Shown: positions 13,501-26,244, counted from the stretch's first letter. The stretch: 64,000 nucleotides of DNA from Raja brachyura (GCA_963514005.1 OY740797.1:42470001-42534000), one strand, 5' to 3'. Numbers and translations are program-made. The notes: a model not told the origin generated them from the sequence alone.

Positions 13501-16299
13501 CTTTGGAATTGAACATCATTAGTGGTCTCTCGATTCTGCCATGACATGTCATTAACTTGATTTTCCTCTGTATTGAGAAACATTCGGGACAGTCTCTTGT
13601 TAAATCAGAGAATTGCACATTTTCAGAGTGCAGATTTTAATATCTGGGAACCTAATGACCTGGTCTAACAGCATACGTCAATGCTAAACCACAAAGTAGC
13701 TACATCTGTTTTGGCTTTGTTCAAGATACTGAGGGAGGGGGAGCAATCCATGGTCAAGGGCCAAACTGCATGTCATATTTCATTATCTTCATTAGCTATT
13801 ACAGAAGGGTCTATTATGAGGAAGATAGCAACCTCTGTTAAAAAAATAATTTCAACCTAGAAATCACAAAGTCAAGCACAAAATCGTTTTGTTAATGGAA
13901 ATACTATTTTTGAAAACACTTTTGCACTGTACAGTGACATTACATTGATTTGGATGCACAGTTTTAAAAGTGAGAAGGGCTGGAGAAGAAAAAAAACCTA
14001 GCGTTATATTCTATGATTTGTAACGATAAAATAACACCCTGGACACCCTCACATTTATTTTTCCATTAATATATGTAGTAACACAACCTCTCTAATTTAA
14101 ATAATAATCCACTATCCAAATAAGTAATTAACCTTTGATTTGTGGAGGTAGGAAAAGCCTGCAACAGAATTTGTAATCAATTGTTAGATTTACAAATTGC
14201 ATCTTACACATCACTTTGATTTACATGGTAATTTTGGCAAAAAAAAAGGCCTCATTATAGACGGGGGGTGGGGGGGGGGGACATTAAAAAAAGAAAATCA
14301 AAACAGCAAAGCGTCGCGTTTCAGGTAAGCGTTTTCGAGCGGGATTCGACATTGGACACATCTTATGCACCTGCGATTGCTATGGCGCTTTCCCCAGCCC
14401 CCCCACTTTCCCATTCCTCTTATCTGATTGCCTCCCCCTCTCTTTTTGACATATGAAGTTTTTATAACTATCCTGCCAAAATTCATCACGGGCACAATGT
14501 TGGATGTTACTCCAATAATTTACAGCCGTGGTCTGCACAAAGCGGTCGCGGGAAGGTCCATTTACTAAGTTGCTTCTTGTTGTGATTCCAGAAGAAGACA
14601 ATGCATCAATCAACAGCTGTAAGACCCCCGAAAACCTATCAGATTTACTGCATAATAAAATTATATTGCAACAAAACTACCTGTAACTTATTCTATAACT
14701 TGCACTACAAACGCACGTTGAATACCACATCGGAGTGATTCTATTCCCTGTGTTAAATGATTCAAATTGGAAAACTGAAAGCGTTTTTAAAATCAGTTGA
14801 ACGAGGCATGGGGTACATGAACTATGCATTTCAATTTAGCCGGGAAGCTGCTTTTGACGGAATCTTTTACCAGCTTGGCGTGTGAGGGTTAAGCAGTGAT
14901 TTTCTCCCAAGGATCAAAATTCCTGTTGTTTTGTAGATGAGACGTTTATGATTATCAAAGTATGGGGATGGGTGTCACGAGAAAAAAAGGGGGGGAAAAA
15001 TATTTTCAGTGTTGATTGCTTTTTTGAGCTTAGGCACCTTAAGGACTGGAAAGGATCTGGGGAATATAATAAGACAGGGACATCAGCAGCACAAGGGGCA
15101 TGACCTTTATTTGCAATCATAGCTGAGATTTACAGTTTATTACTGATAGCTTTCATAAAGAGCCATTCAGTTCTGAGGTGAGCGGTTTGTCATCTGGAAA
15201 TGCAATTAACTTCGTCCTTATCCCAATCCCTGGTCTAGATGTGAACAGCGCTCCAATAACATCACATTTTCCCTAATTTCATTTTATTCTCACGGACCTA
15301 TCCTTTGAGCATTAGTGGTGTTGCATATTATTATCCATCTACGGTATCCTAAAAGGCACTTGTGAATATTTTTAAAATTGATTACATGATTGTTCAGGGT
15401 CATTGTGGCATGCACTTTGCCTTTCTGTGATTAAAAAAAAAGGTGAATCATGCTTAGAGTAAATGCTGGGTGTGTTAATTAAAAAATGCCTGGACGGGCT
15501 TTTACACATAAAAAAACAAAAATATAGTGATTCGGCTTTTATACAATACAGAGTAAGTTGGCTCTCTATCCCCTGTATATATAAAGCAATATCAGTTTTA
15601 TGAAGCTTTTTTGGCAGGTAAATTAATTTGTAATAATTTAAACAAGGTCCAATCAGCCAATATTCTTGTATTTAAAAAAACCCCATTGTTTTTTGAGTAG
15701 GACAATGAAATCTTGCCTAATTTTGTTTCACACTGTTCTGAAGCATAATTGTTAATAATAATCTAGTAATCAATTTATTATGTTTCAATCAAAATCATTT
15801 GGCTGCAGAATTTGACAATTCTTACATCAGTATATGTTTGTCAATGTAAATCTGTTTTACATTTTCTAATTAACTACAATAATCGCCCCTCACATTTGCC
15901 TTTTATGTTTAATAGGTTTGCCTAAATTCTCATATCTCTTCCAATTAAACCTTGAATTTCTTTGCTAATGCAATCCCATAGTAGTCTGAAATGCAAGATC
16001 ATAAAATGTGATTATGATTTGCTAATGTTTGGGGAAATTGATGGGAGAATACGTTAATAATTTTAATCCTTCGCTGATATTTCTGTTGATTTTTTTGTTG
16101 GTAGAAAGCACAATGATAGTGAGATATATGATCACCCTTCTGCCTGATGTAATGATTGAGTGGCATTGTTTCAAGATGATGGTAAATATGAAAATTATCT
16201 CAAACATTATCCATCTGCCAATCTTTTGAAGCATTGTTCAGATTAACTAAATGTTATACCAATTATCAGTAGAATAACCTAAATATAGTATATTCTTGA

Positions 16300-18012
16300 C
16301 ATATGTATGGAATGACATACCATGCCCTGACAGCCTTGGGTGTGCCTGTCCCCAGGATTATTGTCACAGACATTATATTGGCCTTCCTGAGGGTGAACTC
16401 GCACAAAACAAATGGCCTGGGTGGAGTCCCCGGATTTAACCTCTCCCTACACCAGTCTGAGGTTCCCACCTTCTTTAAGTAGATCCCCTACTGCCTGGTG
16501 CCTTTGATATCCACCATCATGAAGTGCTTTGAAAGGTTGGTCATGGCACACATCAACTCCAGCCCCCCAGGCAGCCTTGATCAGCTGCGATTCACATATA
16601 CCATGACAGACACAATTTCCCTGTTGCTACACTCATCCCTGGAACATCAGGATAACAAATATGCATACATCAGACACACATTTACTGACTATAGATCCAC
16701 ATTCAACATCATAATTCCATCTAAACTCATCTCCAAACACCTTAGCCTAGGTTTCAGCAGCTCCCTCTGCTACTGGTGGCACAGTGGCGCAGCGGTAGAG
16801 ATACTGCCTTACAGCACCAGAGACCCGGGTTCGATCCTGACTATGGGTGCTTGTCTGTATGGAGTTTGTATGTTCTCCCCGTGACCTGTGTGGGTTTTCT
16901 CCAAGATCTTCGGTTTCCTCCCAAACGCCAAAGATGTATAGGTTTGTAGGTTAATGGGCTTGGTATAAAACGTTAAAAAAAATGTTCCTCATGTCAATGT
17001 ATCTCTAACGCTGTAGCTCTAAACTAAACTAAACTAAACTGGATCATTGACTTCCTGATCTATGGACCATAATCAGTAAGGATAGGCAACAAACAACATG
17101 ACTATGAGCTCAATTCTGTTCCAACACCCTTGTCAAGTTTGCAGATGACACCAGTGATGTTGGTCGGTTCTCAAAGAATGATGAGGTGGAGTACAGGAAG
17201 GAGATAGAGATCTCAGTAGTATTGAGCCAAGCAAACAACCTCTCCCTCAATCTCAGGGAAATGAAGAGGCTGGTGATTGACCTCATGAAGCAGGGTGGAG
17301 TACATGACCAAGTCTGCAACAATAGTACTGAAGTAGAGATGGTTGAGAGCTTTAAGATCCGAGGTGTAAATATCACCACGGATTTGTCCTGGTCCAACCA
17401 CATAGATGCGAGAGGCAAGAAAACACACCAACACCCCTACTTGCTCAGAAGACTCATGAAAATCTGTACGTCTCCAATGACTCTTACCAATTTCTACAGA
17501 TGCGCTATAGCCAGCACCCTGTGATGATGCAGGCAAATGCTCTGCCACAGATTGCAAGAATTTGCAGAATTATGAATGTAGCCTAGTTCATCACACAAAC
17601 CAGCCTAACCACTCCCATCAACTCCATTTACAATTCACACTGTCTCAGGGAAGCAACCAACATAAACAAGAACCACTCACTCTCTGCTCATTCTCTGCCC
17701 TTTCCCATCAGGCAGAAGGTACAAAAGCATATACGCTAGATTCAAGAACAGCTTCTTTCCTGCTGTTATCGGACTCTTGAATGAATCACTCGCATGCCTA
17801 GAATGACTTTCTGATCTTATGTTCCTCCGCATTGAGCCACTGCACTTTTTCACCTGCACTTTTTCTGTAGCTCAATATTTTACACTCTGTTTATTTTCTC
17901 TTTTGCACTACCTGTTGTATTCATGTACAACATGGCTTCCTAGGTCGCACGCAAAACAAAGTTTCACACTGTGTCATGGCAAGCGTGGCAATAATAAACC
18001 AATACCAATACA
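16300..18012 (+). mobile_element. Rex1/Babar-type LINE, 5'-truncated and degraded RT region plus 3' tail
   Basis: RT motifs ISTIMKCFERLVMAHINS, F(T)DY(R)S(T)FNIIIP and KFADDT (aagtttgcagatgacacc, ~17135), VESFK..GVNITTDLSWSNH, and a tail ending aataataaaccaataccaatac. Interrupted by an HE1 SINE. Confidence 0.85.
16775..17040 (+). mobile_element. HE1-type tRNA-derived V-SINE nested in the Rex1 LINE
   Basis: A box GGCACAGTGGCGCAGCGG, B box GGTTCGATCC, V-domain (ggagtttgtatgttctccccgtg...ggtttcctccc) and (TAAAC)n tail. Rex1 sequence resumes on both sides. Confidence 0.9.
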
Positions 18013-18286
18013 TATAATTCTGTTGACGATACCTTTCACGGTTATTTCTTGTCAAATTTTGCAATCACCATGCATAGCTCGTGTTAACTATTTTTCATGG
18101 AAGCGCTAATATGTGATGAAGATGCCATCGCCCGTGTAGCAAAGATGAGCAGGTTAGAGTGTTGTATTGGAAAATAAATGCTCCTCTTAAATGTACTAAT
18201 GGCTTCCTCCCATTCTCTTAAATTGTAAACTTTGCATATTACTTTCTCATACATCCTAAATGATATTTGTTCAGGTGTATGAATAG

Positions 18287-18502
18287 GAAGGTAGACACAA
18301 AATGCTAGAGTAACTCAGCGGGACAGGCAGCATCTCTGGAGAGAAAGAATGGGTGACGTTTCAGGTCGTGACCAGAGTCTGAAGACCCTTCTTCAAACTC
18401 TGACATCCGAAGAAGGGTCTCGACCTGAAACGTCACCCATTCCTTCTCTCCAGAGATACTGCCTGTTCTGCTGAGTTACTCCAGCATTTTATTTCTACCT
18501 TC
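18287..18502. mobile_element. Penelope-like pseudo-LTR foldback (two inverted copies) inserted in a CR1 tail
   Basis: Arm gaaggtagacacaaaatgctagagtaactcagcgggacaggcagcatctctgg... with its reverse complement ending ...ccagcattttatttctaccttc. Same family as the GIY-YIG-bearing copy at 57.9 kb. Confidence 0.85.
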
Positions 18503-18622
18503 AATAAGAAAGGCTTACTGGGATCTGGGCCAAACGTGAGTAAATGGGACTAGCTTGATGTGGCATCAACGTAGATGATTTGGGCCAAGGGTCTTGTTTC
18601 TATGCTGTATGATTCTATGATT
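18503..18622 (+). mobile_element. CR1/HER1 3' tail fragment
   Basis: gggatctgggccaaacgtgagtaaatgggactagc...gggccaagggtcttgtttctatgctgtatgattctatgatt. Confidence 0.7.
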
Positions 18623-19307
18623 CCAAATTGCTGTCCGAGCTACAATACAATCACCTCAGCATACAAACAACCTAATGTTTAGATTCATTTTTAGATGATA
18701 TTGATAGTCTACTTTCTATTCATTTTTTGGTGATATTACTCTTATGGTTGTCATTGCCATCAGCTGCTTATTGATAGTTATTGTTTTCTCCAATGGTGCT
18801 GTGATTAACTATTCAGGAAGAATTCTAGGCTCCTCCTGAAATTATGGTGTTGCTCCATTGATAGTCCGATGACACCTCATCCGTCCCCTTCCCCAATCAG
18901 TTGATTATCTTGTCACCAATGTTGCCAGTTTCTATTAATTTTGCACTCACTTCCCATTTGGTTTCTATTGTTTCTACTTTAGGTGCTAGTGAAACTAATA
19001 ATTCCAAGTTCTAGAGAAAGCTTAGATGTCAATATCAGTCAAATATGTTCAGGTTTACTGGTAAATTCAAATTCCCCTATCTCCTGTGAAAGTCCCAGTT
19101 CCTTGTTGTAAGAGAATGGTAAATTTAATTAACGCACACTTGGAAATCTAGCAACTCTCTCATCAAGCCTCTGTTTCTTTTAGCAAATGTGGTCACGATT
19201 GATCCCTTTCAGTGAGTGGGGCATTCCGCGATGAATCTTCATAATTATGAACTGGGAAACACAAGTTAAGTGATACCAGGTCAGTCCTGCTGGACACATC
19301 AGCTGAT

Positions 19308-19735
19308 CATAAGTGATAGGAGCAGAATTAGACCATTTGGCCCATCAACTCTACTTTGCCATTCAATCACGGCTGATCTATCTCTCCCTCCTAACCCCAT
19401 TCCCCTGCCTTCTCCCCATAACCCCTGACACTCGTACTAACCAAGAATCAATCTATCTCTGCCTTAAAAATATCTATTGACTTCGCCTCCACCACTTTCT
19501 GTGGTAATGAATTCCACAGATTCACCACCCTCTGACTGGAAATTTCTTCTCATCTCTTTCCTAAAGGAACTTCCTTTAATTCCGAGGTTATGACCTCTAG
19601 TCCTAGACTCTCCCACTAGTTGTAACATTCTCTCCATATCCACTCTATTTCACTATTCAATATGTTTCAATGAGGTCCCTCCTCATTCTTCTAAACTCCA
19701 GAGAGTACAGGCCCAGTGCCATCAAAAGCTCATCA
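19308..19735 (-). mobile_element. CR1/HER1 LINE 3' fragment
   Basis: Minus-strand LGLYSLEFRRMRRDLIETY and a typical HER1 3' UTR. Confidence 0.85.
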
Positions 19736-20426
19736 TGAATGATATGTAGTGGATATAAGGAGCAACTCACCAGCTTTTCCCTCTGCAGATGATGTTGATA
19801 ACATGTTGGCATGTGACAACAATTGTAATATAACAAAAGAAAAAACAAGTATCTGAAATTAATTCACAAAAAGAAATTTGCATTTGGTCACAAGTTCTAA
19901 AACTGATGCAAGAGTTTTGGTCACTGGTTATCCATTTGGCTCCAGGGGTGTCTGAGGATGAGGATGTGCACAGTGTGTGGCTGATACCCGAACATGTCTT
20001 CAGTGCTGGTGAGAAAAGATGAAGATTTTCCCCTTAGAGCGAAATCATTTATCTTTCCATTTGAATATCCCAAAGTAGAACTAACACTTGATTGGGTTAA
20101 GATTATAGTTGCATTGATAACTTATGTTTATTATTTTAAAGCAACTTTTATTTGCAGACAAGTTAGGTTTTTTATTATTTGAGGCAATTATAAACTGCAT
20201 TACTTTTCTGGCAAATTGTCCAATATTAAATTTGCACACTTTCCCATTCTCTATTGAAGTAAATTTGTTAAATGAAACTATAGCTGAAGAAATATGACAT
20301 TTTAACGCCTGCTTAGAAAACAGATTTTAGGTAACAAAATATTTCACAATGATATTGGATCTGCTGAAGAATTTCATATCAATTTTACAATTATTAAAAA
20401 GGCTTGAGTATTTTGAGTATTTGAGC

Positions 20427-20989
20427 ACACACTGGAGTATTGTGTGCAGTTTTGGTCCCCTAATTTGTGGAAGGACATTCTTGCTATTGAGGGAGTGCAG
20501 CGTAGGTTTACAAGGTTAATTCCCGGGGTGACGGTACTGTCAAATGCTGAGAGAATGGAGCGGCTGGGCTTGTACACTCTTGGAGTTTAGAAGGATGAGA
20601 GGGGATCTAATTGAAACATATAAGATTGTTAAGGGTTTGGACACGCTAGAGGAAGGAAACATGTTCCCGATGTTGGGGGAGTCCAGAACCAAGGGCCACA
20701 GGTTAAGAATAATGAGTAAGCCATTTAGAACGGAGACGAGGAAACACTTTTTCTCACAGAGAGTTGTAAGTCTGTGGAATTCTCTGCCTCGGAGGCCGGT
20801 CCTCTGGATACTTTCAAGAGCGAGCTAGATAGGGCTCTTAAAGATAGCGGAGTCAGGGGATATGGGGAGAAGGCAGGAACGGGGTACTGATTGGGGATGA
20901 TCAACTATGATTACATTGAATGGCGGTGCTGGCTCGAAGGGCAGAATGGCCTACTCCTGCACCTATTGTTTATTGTCTATTGTCTATTG
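20427..20989 (+). mobile_element. Young CR1/HER1 LINE 3' fragment
   Basis: LEFRRMRGDLIETYKIVKGLD...GESRTKGHRLRI...FFSQRVVSLWNSLP, ending in a (CTATTGT)n tail. Confidence 0.92.
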
Positions 20990-21667
20990 AGAAATTTCTG
21001 CAAATAAATATAAACAAGTAAACAGCATCTTATTTCAAACATAAACAAATAATTTTAATTAGCCGATTACTTCATCATAACTTTTGTTTGAGTAAATAAT
21101 TTTAATAAAATATAAATATTTTCCACCATTCAATGAATTTGTTGTTTTCTGAGGTGTCTAGATAACGCAGTATCAAGTGACGCGCTCTCCATTTTATTGC
21201 AGCTGAAAACAGAATGAAGGATTAAACTATAGTTTGTTATACAGACATTTATTTGTGTTCTTCAACTGTGCATATCATTTAATATGGTCATAGTCTCTTA
21301 TGGGTTTAAAGGTAAAGAAACAATACAAAGATTGACAGGTATTCACGTTCAGAGTTATCATGCAAATTTGTCTTCATTTTACATGAAGTTTGGATAAATG
21401 TTGAGTAATTTTAAGTTTTAATCATATTATTTAAGAAAAAAAATATTTTTGAAAATGTGATCTGTTGCGAAAATCCTAAGGAGCATTGATTGTAATATTT
21501 TTTTAAAATCAACCCACCTGTGGTAGGATGTTTTTCCAAATATATTATATACTACGAGAAGATTTCATACAGTAATGTTTTTTTATGTAGAGCAATAGTT
21601 ACGATGCCTCTGAAATATTGTCCAGGAAGTACTTTGGAAAGTTTGGAAATTCTCACTCTCTATATAG

Positions 21668-21878
21668 AAACAAAGAACTGCAGATGCTGGTTAATACACA
21701 AAAAATATTATAAGTGCAGGAGTAACTCGGCAGGTCAGGCAGCATCTCTGGAGAACAGGGATAGGTAACGTTTCGGTTCGAAACCGTTCCTTCAGTCTCA
21801 TCTCAAATGACAACACACCTATCCATGTACCCCAGAGATGCTGCCTGACATGTTGAGTTACTCTAGCGCTTTGTGACA
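21668..21878. mobile_element. Penelope-like pseudo-LTR foldback, diverged
   Basis: gagtaactcggcaggtcaggcagcatctctgg... and the inverted ...ccagagatgctgcctgacatgttgagttactc. Confidence 0.75.
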
Positions 21879-22069
21879 TTCTCTATATAGCTGGAATGTC
21901 AAAGGACAAATCTGAAGCAGAAACCAAAATAAATGTTTTTATTCCACCTTAGGATCCATACTGCTTTCTTTCCTCTCCTTACCAGTAGGTGCAACCTCAG
22001 ACAGTGAGTCCATTTCTCAGCCATGATGCCACTCCAATGATGCACATGCCAAAGATACAGTTGATTACC

Positions 22070-22395
22070 ACATCGTATACATGGCATTCCAGATGAACAA
22101 TCTATTGATCCCAACCCACCCTCTCCTTATAACTCTCCACCCCACACTTAGGCCCTCAAACATGCCCACCAACTCCCATGTTGTCTCTTTTTACTAATAG
22201 CATCTGCTATGTGGGAAGTACAGTAACCAAATAGTATTTTGTAATGTGGTTGGAAACCGGAGCATCCAGAGGAAACCCATGCATTACGGAGATAAGGTGC
22301 AGAATTTACACAAGCCAGCAACCAAGGCCAGGACTGAACTTGGGTTGTGAATCTCTGAGGCAGAAGCACTAATAGCTGCACCACTGTGCCATCCT
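22070..22395 (-). mobile_element. Degraded HE1-like V-SINE
   Basis: ggaaaccggagcatccagaggaaacccatgca...gctgcaccactgtgcc (reverse V-domain and A box). Confidence 0.7.
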
Positions 22396-22835
22396 ATCTT
22401 ATTCAAGTCCACCGGCATTTATGGTTTTCAGAGACTTGAGCGTATTTTCTTGTCAATGCAACTTTAACTGGAAATTAATGGGTCAGCTGAGCACTTGATC
22501 ACCTGCTGTCAATGTCATTGATCGTCCACATATGATTCTCAGCCTAGCAGCGCCATTAAAACTGCACAGCTTTCTCTCTGCTGTGCACAATTAGTGAATG
22601 GACTTTCATGTACGGGAGTGGATGGGTCTGGTTTCTCACTTTGCAAAATAAGCCATCACTATGTTCACTCAGGAATTGGGTAATCAAGGTGCATCAGTAC
22701 CATACAAGGAAAGGTTTGATCCAAAAGTATTTAAATTTATATTCTAAGTAATCACTTTTAGTTAAGTGAAATCTTTATTTTTGTTATGCTGCACTTTCAT
22801 TCTCAGTTAGAGAATTTAGTTTAGTAAAATAAATT

Positions 22836-23185
22836 ATGTGAGGAATAGATCGGGTGGACGCACAGAGTCTCTTGCACAGAGAGAACCAGAATCGAGAACC
22901 AGAGGGCATAGGTTTACGGTGCAGCGGGAAAGATTTTATAGGAATCTGAGGCATAACTTTTTCACGCAAAGGGTGGTGGGTTTATGGAAGGAGCTGCCGG
23001 AGGAGATGGTTGAGGCAGGGTCCATCACAACACTTAGGAAGCAATTAGACAGGTACATGGATAGGACAAGTTTAGAGGGATATGGGCCAAACACAGGCAA
23101 GTGGGATTAGTGTAGATGGGACATGTTGGTTGCTTTGGGCAAGTTGGGCTGAACTGCCTGTTTCCACACTGTATGACTGATTCTA
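22836..23185 (+). mobile_element. CR1/HER1 LINE 3' fragment
   Basis: ESRTRGHRFTVQRERFYRNLRHNFFTQRVVGLWKELPEEMVEAG...LDRYMD and a 3' tail. Confidence 0.9.
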
Positions 23186-23381
23186 TTTATTTTAATATAT
23201 ATGGTGTGAACAGTTGCCATGAATTGTCTTGCTCCAGAAAATCCTGGACTGTTATAAATCCAGTGCATGTCACACTCATACAATACAGAAAATGTCAATA
23301 ATTTGAGCTCCATCCAAGTTAGAGACTGGCTGTCGTATTGTAATAGCTGCATTAGTGCTCAGAATTCTTCATTTGTTACTG

Positions 23382-23675
23382 TGTTTAGTGATACAACATG
23401 GAAACAGGACCTTTGGCTTACTGAATCCATGCTGATCATTGATTAGCTGTTCACACCGATTCTATGTTATCCCACTTTCCCATCCATTTCCTGCACACTA
23501 AGGGCAATTTACCGATCCACCTTGTGTCTTTGGGATGTGGGAGAAAACCGGATGAAACACATGCTGTTACAGGGAGAAACTTCACGTAAACTCCACACAG
23601 ATAGCACCCGAGATCAGGATCAAACCTCCCTCTCTGTTGCTGTGAGCTGGCAGCTCTACCAGCTGTATCATGGTG
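23382..23675 (-). mobile_element. HE1-type V-SINE, diverged
   Basis: tttagtgatacaacatggaaacagg...gtctttgggatgtgggagaaaaccgg...actccacacagatagcacccgagatcaggatcaaacc. Confidence 0.8.
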
Positions 23676-24376
23676 TTGGACTCACAAATGCCATTAATTA
23701 AAAGATTTTCCAATAACATAAAGTTGCGTTTGGTCCTGTAAGTTCACCAATAATGCGTTCAAATCTTGAATCTGTTTGCATTTAAGCTAGAGTTCCTTAT
23801 CGAGTTAGTTGGTAAATTCACCCAGTCGATGTTTAACTTATGTTTGACAGAATAGGCCTACCATATCACAGATTAAGAATTAAATCCAATAAAATTGTTA
23901 CACAGCATTTTGTGAAATAAATAGTTCAACTTTCTTTACGTGACGTTATACAACTTCAACCAACTGCATTATGCCCCTGTGCTTTATCTGCGCCCACAGT
24001 TCACATTGAGTTGATTGAGATGGATTGGCCTGAAATGCACGCAGTTACTTGTGGGTTGGAGGAGAGCTTGCGGTAAGGAAACCCTCATGGGTCAGCATCT
24101 ACGTGACTCTCATGCTTGTACATTGCAGTGAAGAAGTGAGACCATGCTGGAGGACAGGAGTTGGGACATTTGACCTCTATCCTGAGAGTCACCATGCGGT
24201 CGATGGAGGTTCTTGGTGCTGGATACACTTTGTATCTGGCTCATTGTTTTACATTTGCTGGCCTGGATGGGAAAGGTGAGCAGTTTTCATTTTGTTCATA
24301 TTTTAATTAGCAATAACGTTTTAAATTAATTTACATTTTTATTACTCATTATGTTTTAATTGAAGTATATTTATTT

Positions 24377-24515
24377 CTTCTTCTTCTTTCGTGTGGCGTG
24401 CACAGCCTAAAGTTGTTGGACAACTTGTTCTATTTGATTTTCCGTATGTGCACGTCGAGTTGATTGCATTAGTCGAAACAGGACGGACCACGTGAAGGTT
24501 GCAATCTTCCACCCC
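24377..24515 (-). mobile_element. 139-bp non-autonomous retroposon with an HDV-like ribozyme head and Vingi/Ingi-like (GAA)n tail, copy 1
   Basis: Perfect 14-bp TSD AAGTATATTTATTT at 24363-24376 and 24516-24529. The tail reads ...ggctgtgcacgccacacgaaagaagaagaag. A homologous copy lies at 35202-35334. Confidence 0.85.
24462..24515 (-). ncRNA. Minimal HDV-like self-cleaving ribozyme (54 nt), structurally intact
   Basis: GGGGUGG(P1)-AA-GAUUGCA(P2)-ACC(P3)-UUCACGU(L3)-GGU(P3')-CCGUCCU(P1')-G(P1.1)-UUUCGA-CUAA(J4/2, catalytic C)-UGCAAUC(P2'). G1-U wobble at the cleavage site. Confidence 0.82.
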
Positions 24516-24632
24516 AAGTATATTTATTTGGACCTGGTTTAAATGTCACTCATATCAGACTTATGAAGAGCTAGAGTTGAGCATCAGAATTGTCTGGGGG
24601 TGAGAGTGAAGGGGAGGTTAGATAGGGCGATC

Positions 24633-24937
24633 TAGTTTAATTTAGTTTAGTTTAGACATACAGCGTGGAAACATGCCCATCAGCCCCACCGAGTCTACAC
24701 CGACCAGCGATCCCCGCACGCTCGCAGACTCCTACACACTAGGGACGAATTATAATTTTATCAAAGCCAATTAACCTACAAAGTTGCACGTCTTTGGAAT
24801 GTGGGAGGAAACCGGAGTGCCCGGAGAAAACCCACGCGGTCACAGGGAGAATGTAAAAACTCCGTACAGACAGCACCCGTAGTCAGGATTGAACCCAGCC
24901 CTCTGGCAACTCTACCGCTGCGCCACCGTGCTGCCCC
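24633..24937 (-). mobile_element. HE1-type V-SINE, near full length
   Basis: Reverse complement of the A box (ctaccgctgcgccaccgtgctgccc), V-domain and (TTTAG)n tail. Confidence 0.9.
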
Positions 24938-25641
24938 AAAAGATTCCTTAGGGCATGATATCTGATTGGCACATGCAGAAAACTCTAGCTTGTAGTAGGA
25001 GTGATTAGCTTCCACAAAAGGTTATTGTGGCCATAGGAGAGGGCTGGTGGTTGGGGCAAGCCTGATGCATGGGCTTGGTTCAGCACAATGAACCACCATG
25101 GTAAGCAGCTTTCATATGAAGCTCTTAAAACATTTGTGATGTACTGAAACTGTAACACACTCTACAGTTTCCTTTATGAGTTATTATCAGTAGCAAGCCT
25201 AATTAGTTTGAAAGCCACTCATTCTAATTTTAGATTAAAATGTAATAATAGCACAAACCTTCAAAACAGTGTCCATTAGGCGGTCAGTGATTTACCTCAG
25301 CCGTTTGATAGATGGTTAAAGCAATATAGCACTCCAAGGAAGCAATTCTCATGTCATATTCTATTGTCTCGTTTGTAAGACTGACCATCATACAGAGTGT
25401 ATGCAATCAAGTTTGAGCATTCATCATCCATCTGCAGTAGTCCTTCAACACCTTGAATGTGGAGGTGAGGTGGCCTTCAGATTTTGCCTTCTCCATGAAA
25501 GAAACTCAATTTTGGGACTGTTTACCTTTGTTAGACCTCTAAACCCAGTGGTGAAATGGCCCCTCTCGTGTACAATAAAGAAATGTAGTGAAACAGATTT
25601 TTTTTTAGCGATGTCACGACAAACTATTTGAATCCAAACCT

Positions 25642-25906
25642 GACCCGGGTTCGATCCTGACTATGGGTGCTGTCTGTATGGAGTTTGTAAGTTCTCCCCG
25701 TGACCGCGTGGGTTTTCTCCAAGATCGTCAATTTCCTCTCACAATCCAAATACGTACAGGTTTGCAGGTTAATTGGCTTGGTATAAATGTAAATTGTCCT
25801 TAGTGTGTGTTGGATAGTGTTAATGTGTAGGGATCACTGGGTCGGTGCTGATTCGTGGGCCGAAGGACCAGCTTCTGTGCTATATCCCTAAACCAAACTA
25901 AACTAA
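25642..25906 (+). mobile_element. HE1-type V-SINE, 5'-truncated
   Basis: Starts at the B box gacccgggttcgatcc, followed by the V-domain and tail taaaccaaactaaactaa. Confidence 0.9.
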
Positions 25907-26244
25907 GCTGACCCAACAGGAATCTGATGGGAATGAACTGACTATGCCCTTCTTTCTCACATTATAGGCATTAAACTTGCAAAGATAGTTTCACCATACA
26001 TAGATTATGTTTGATTAAAATTATAACGAGTATTTTTTGCCTTCAGTATCTTTTATATTCTGAAGTGCTTAATTTATTAGCAATTTATTCTGCTTTGGTG
26101 AGTCCATTTCTGCCTCTATCCAAATGTTCTTCCATTCCCCCTCCTAGGATTGTTTATTCCTAAAACTTTATTTTTATAATATAGCAAATTCTGCATCATC
26201 AGGTTAGCATCTAATATGTAGTACACTAAACATTTTTGGTGCAT

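Noticed and set aside
16775-16845. tRNA-like A and B boxes
   Set aside because: This is the tRNA-derived head of an HE1 SINE followed by the V-domain, not a tRNA gene.
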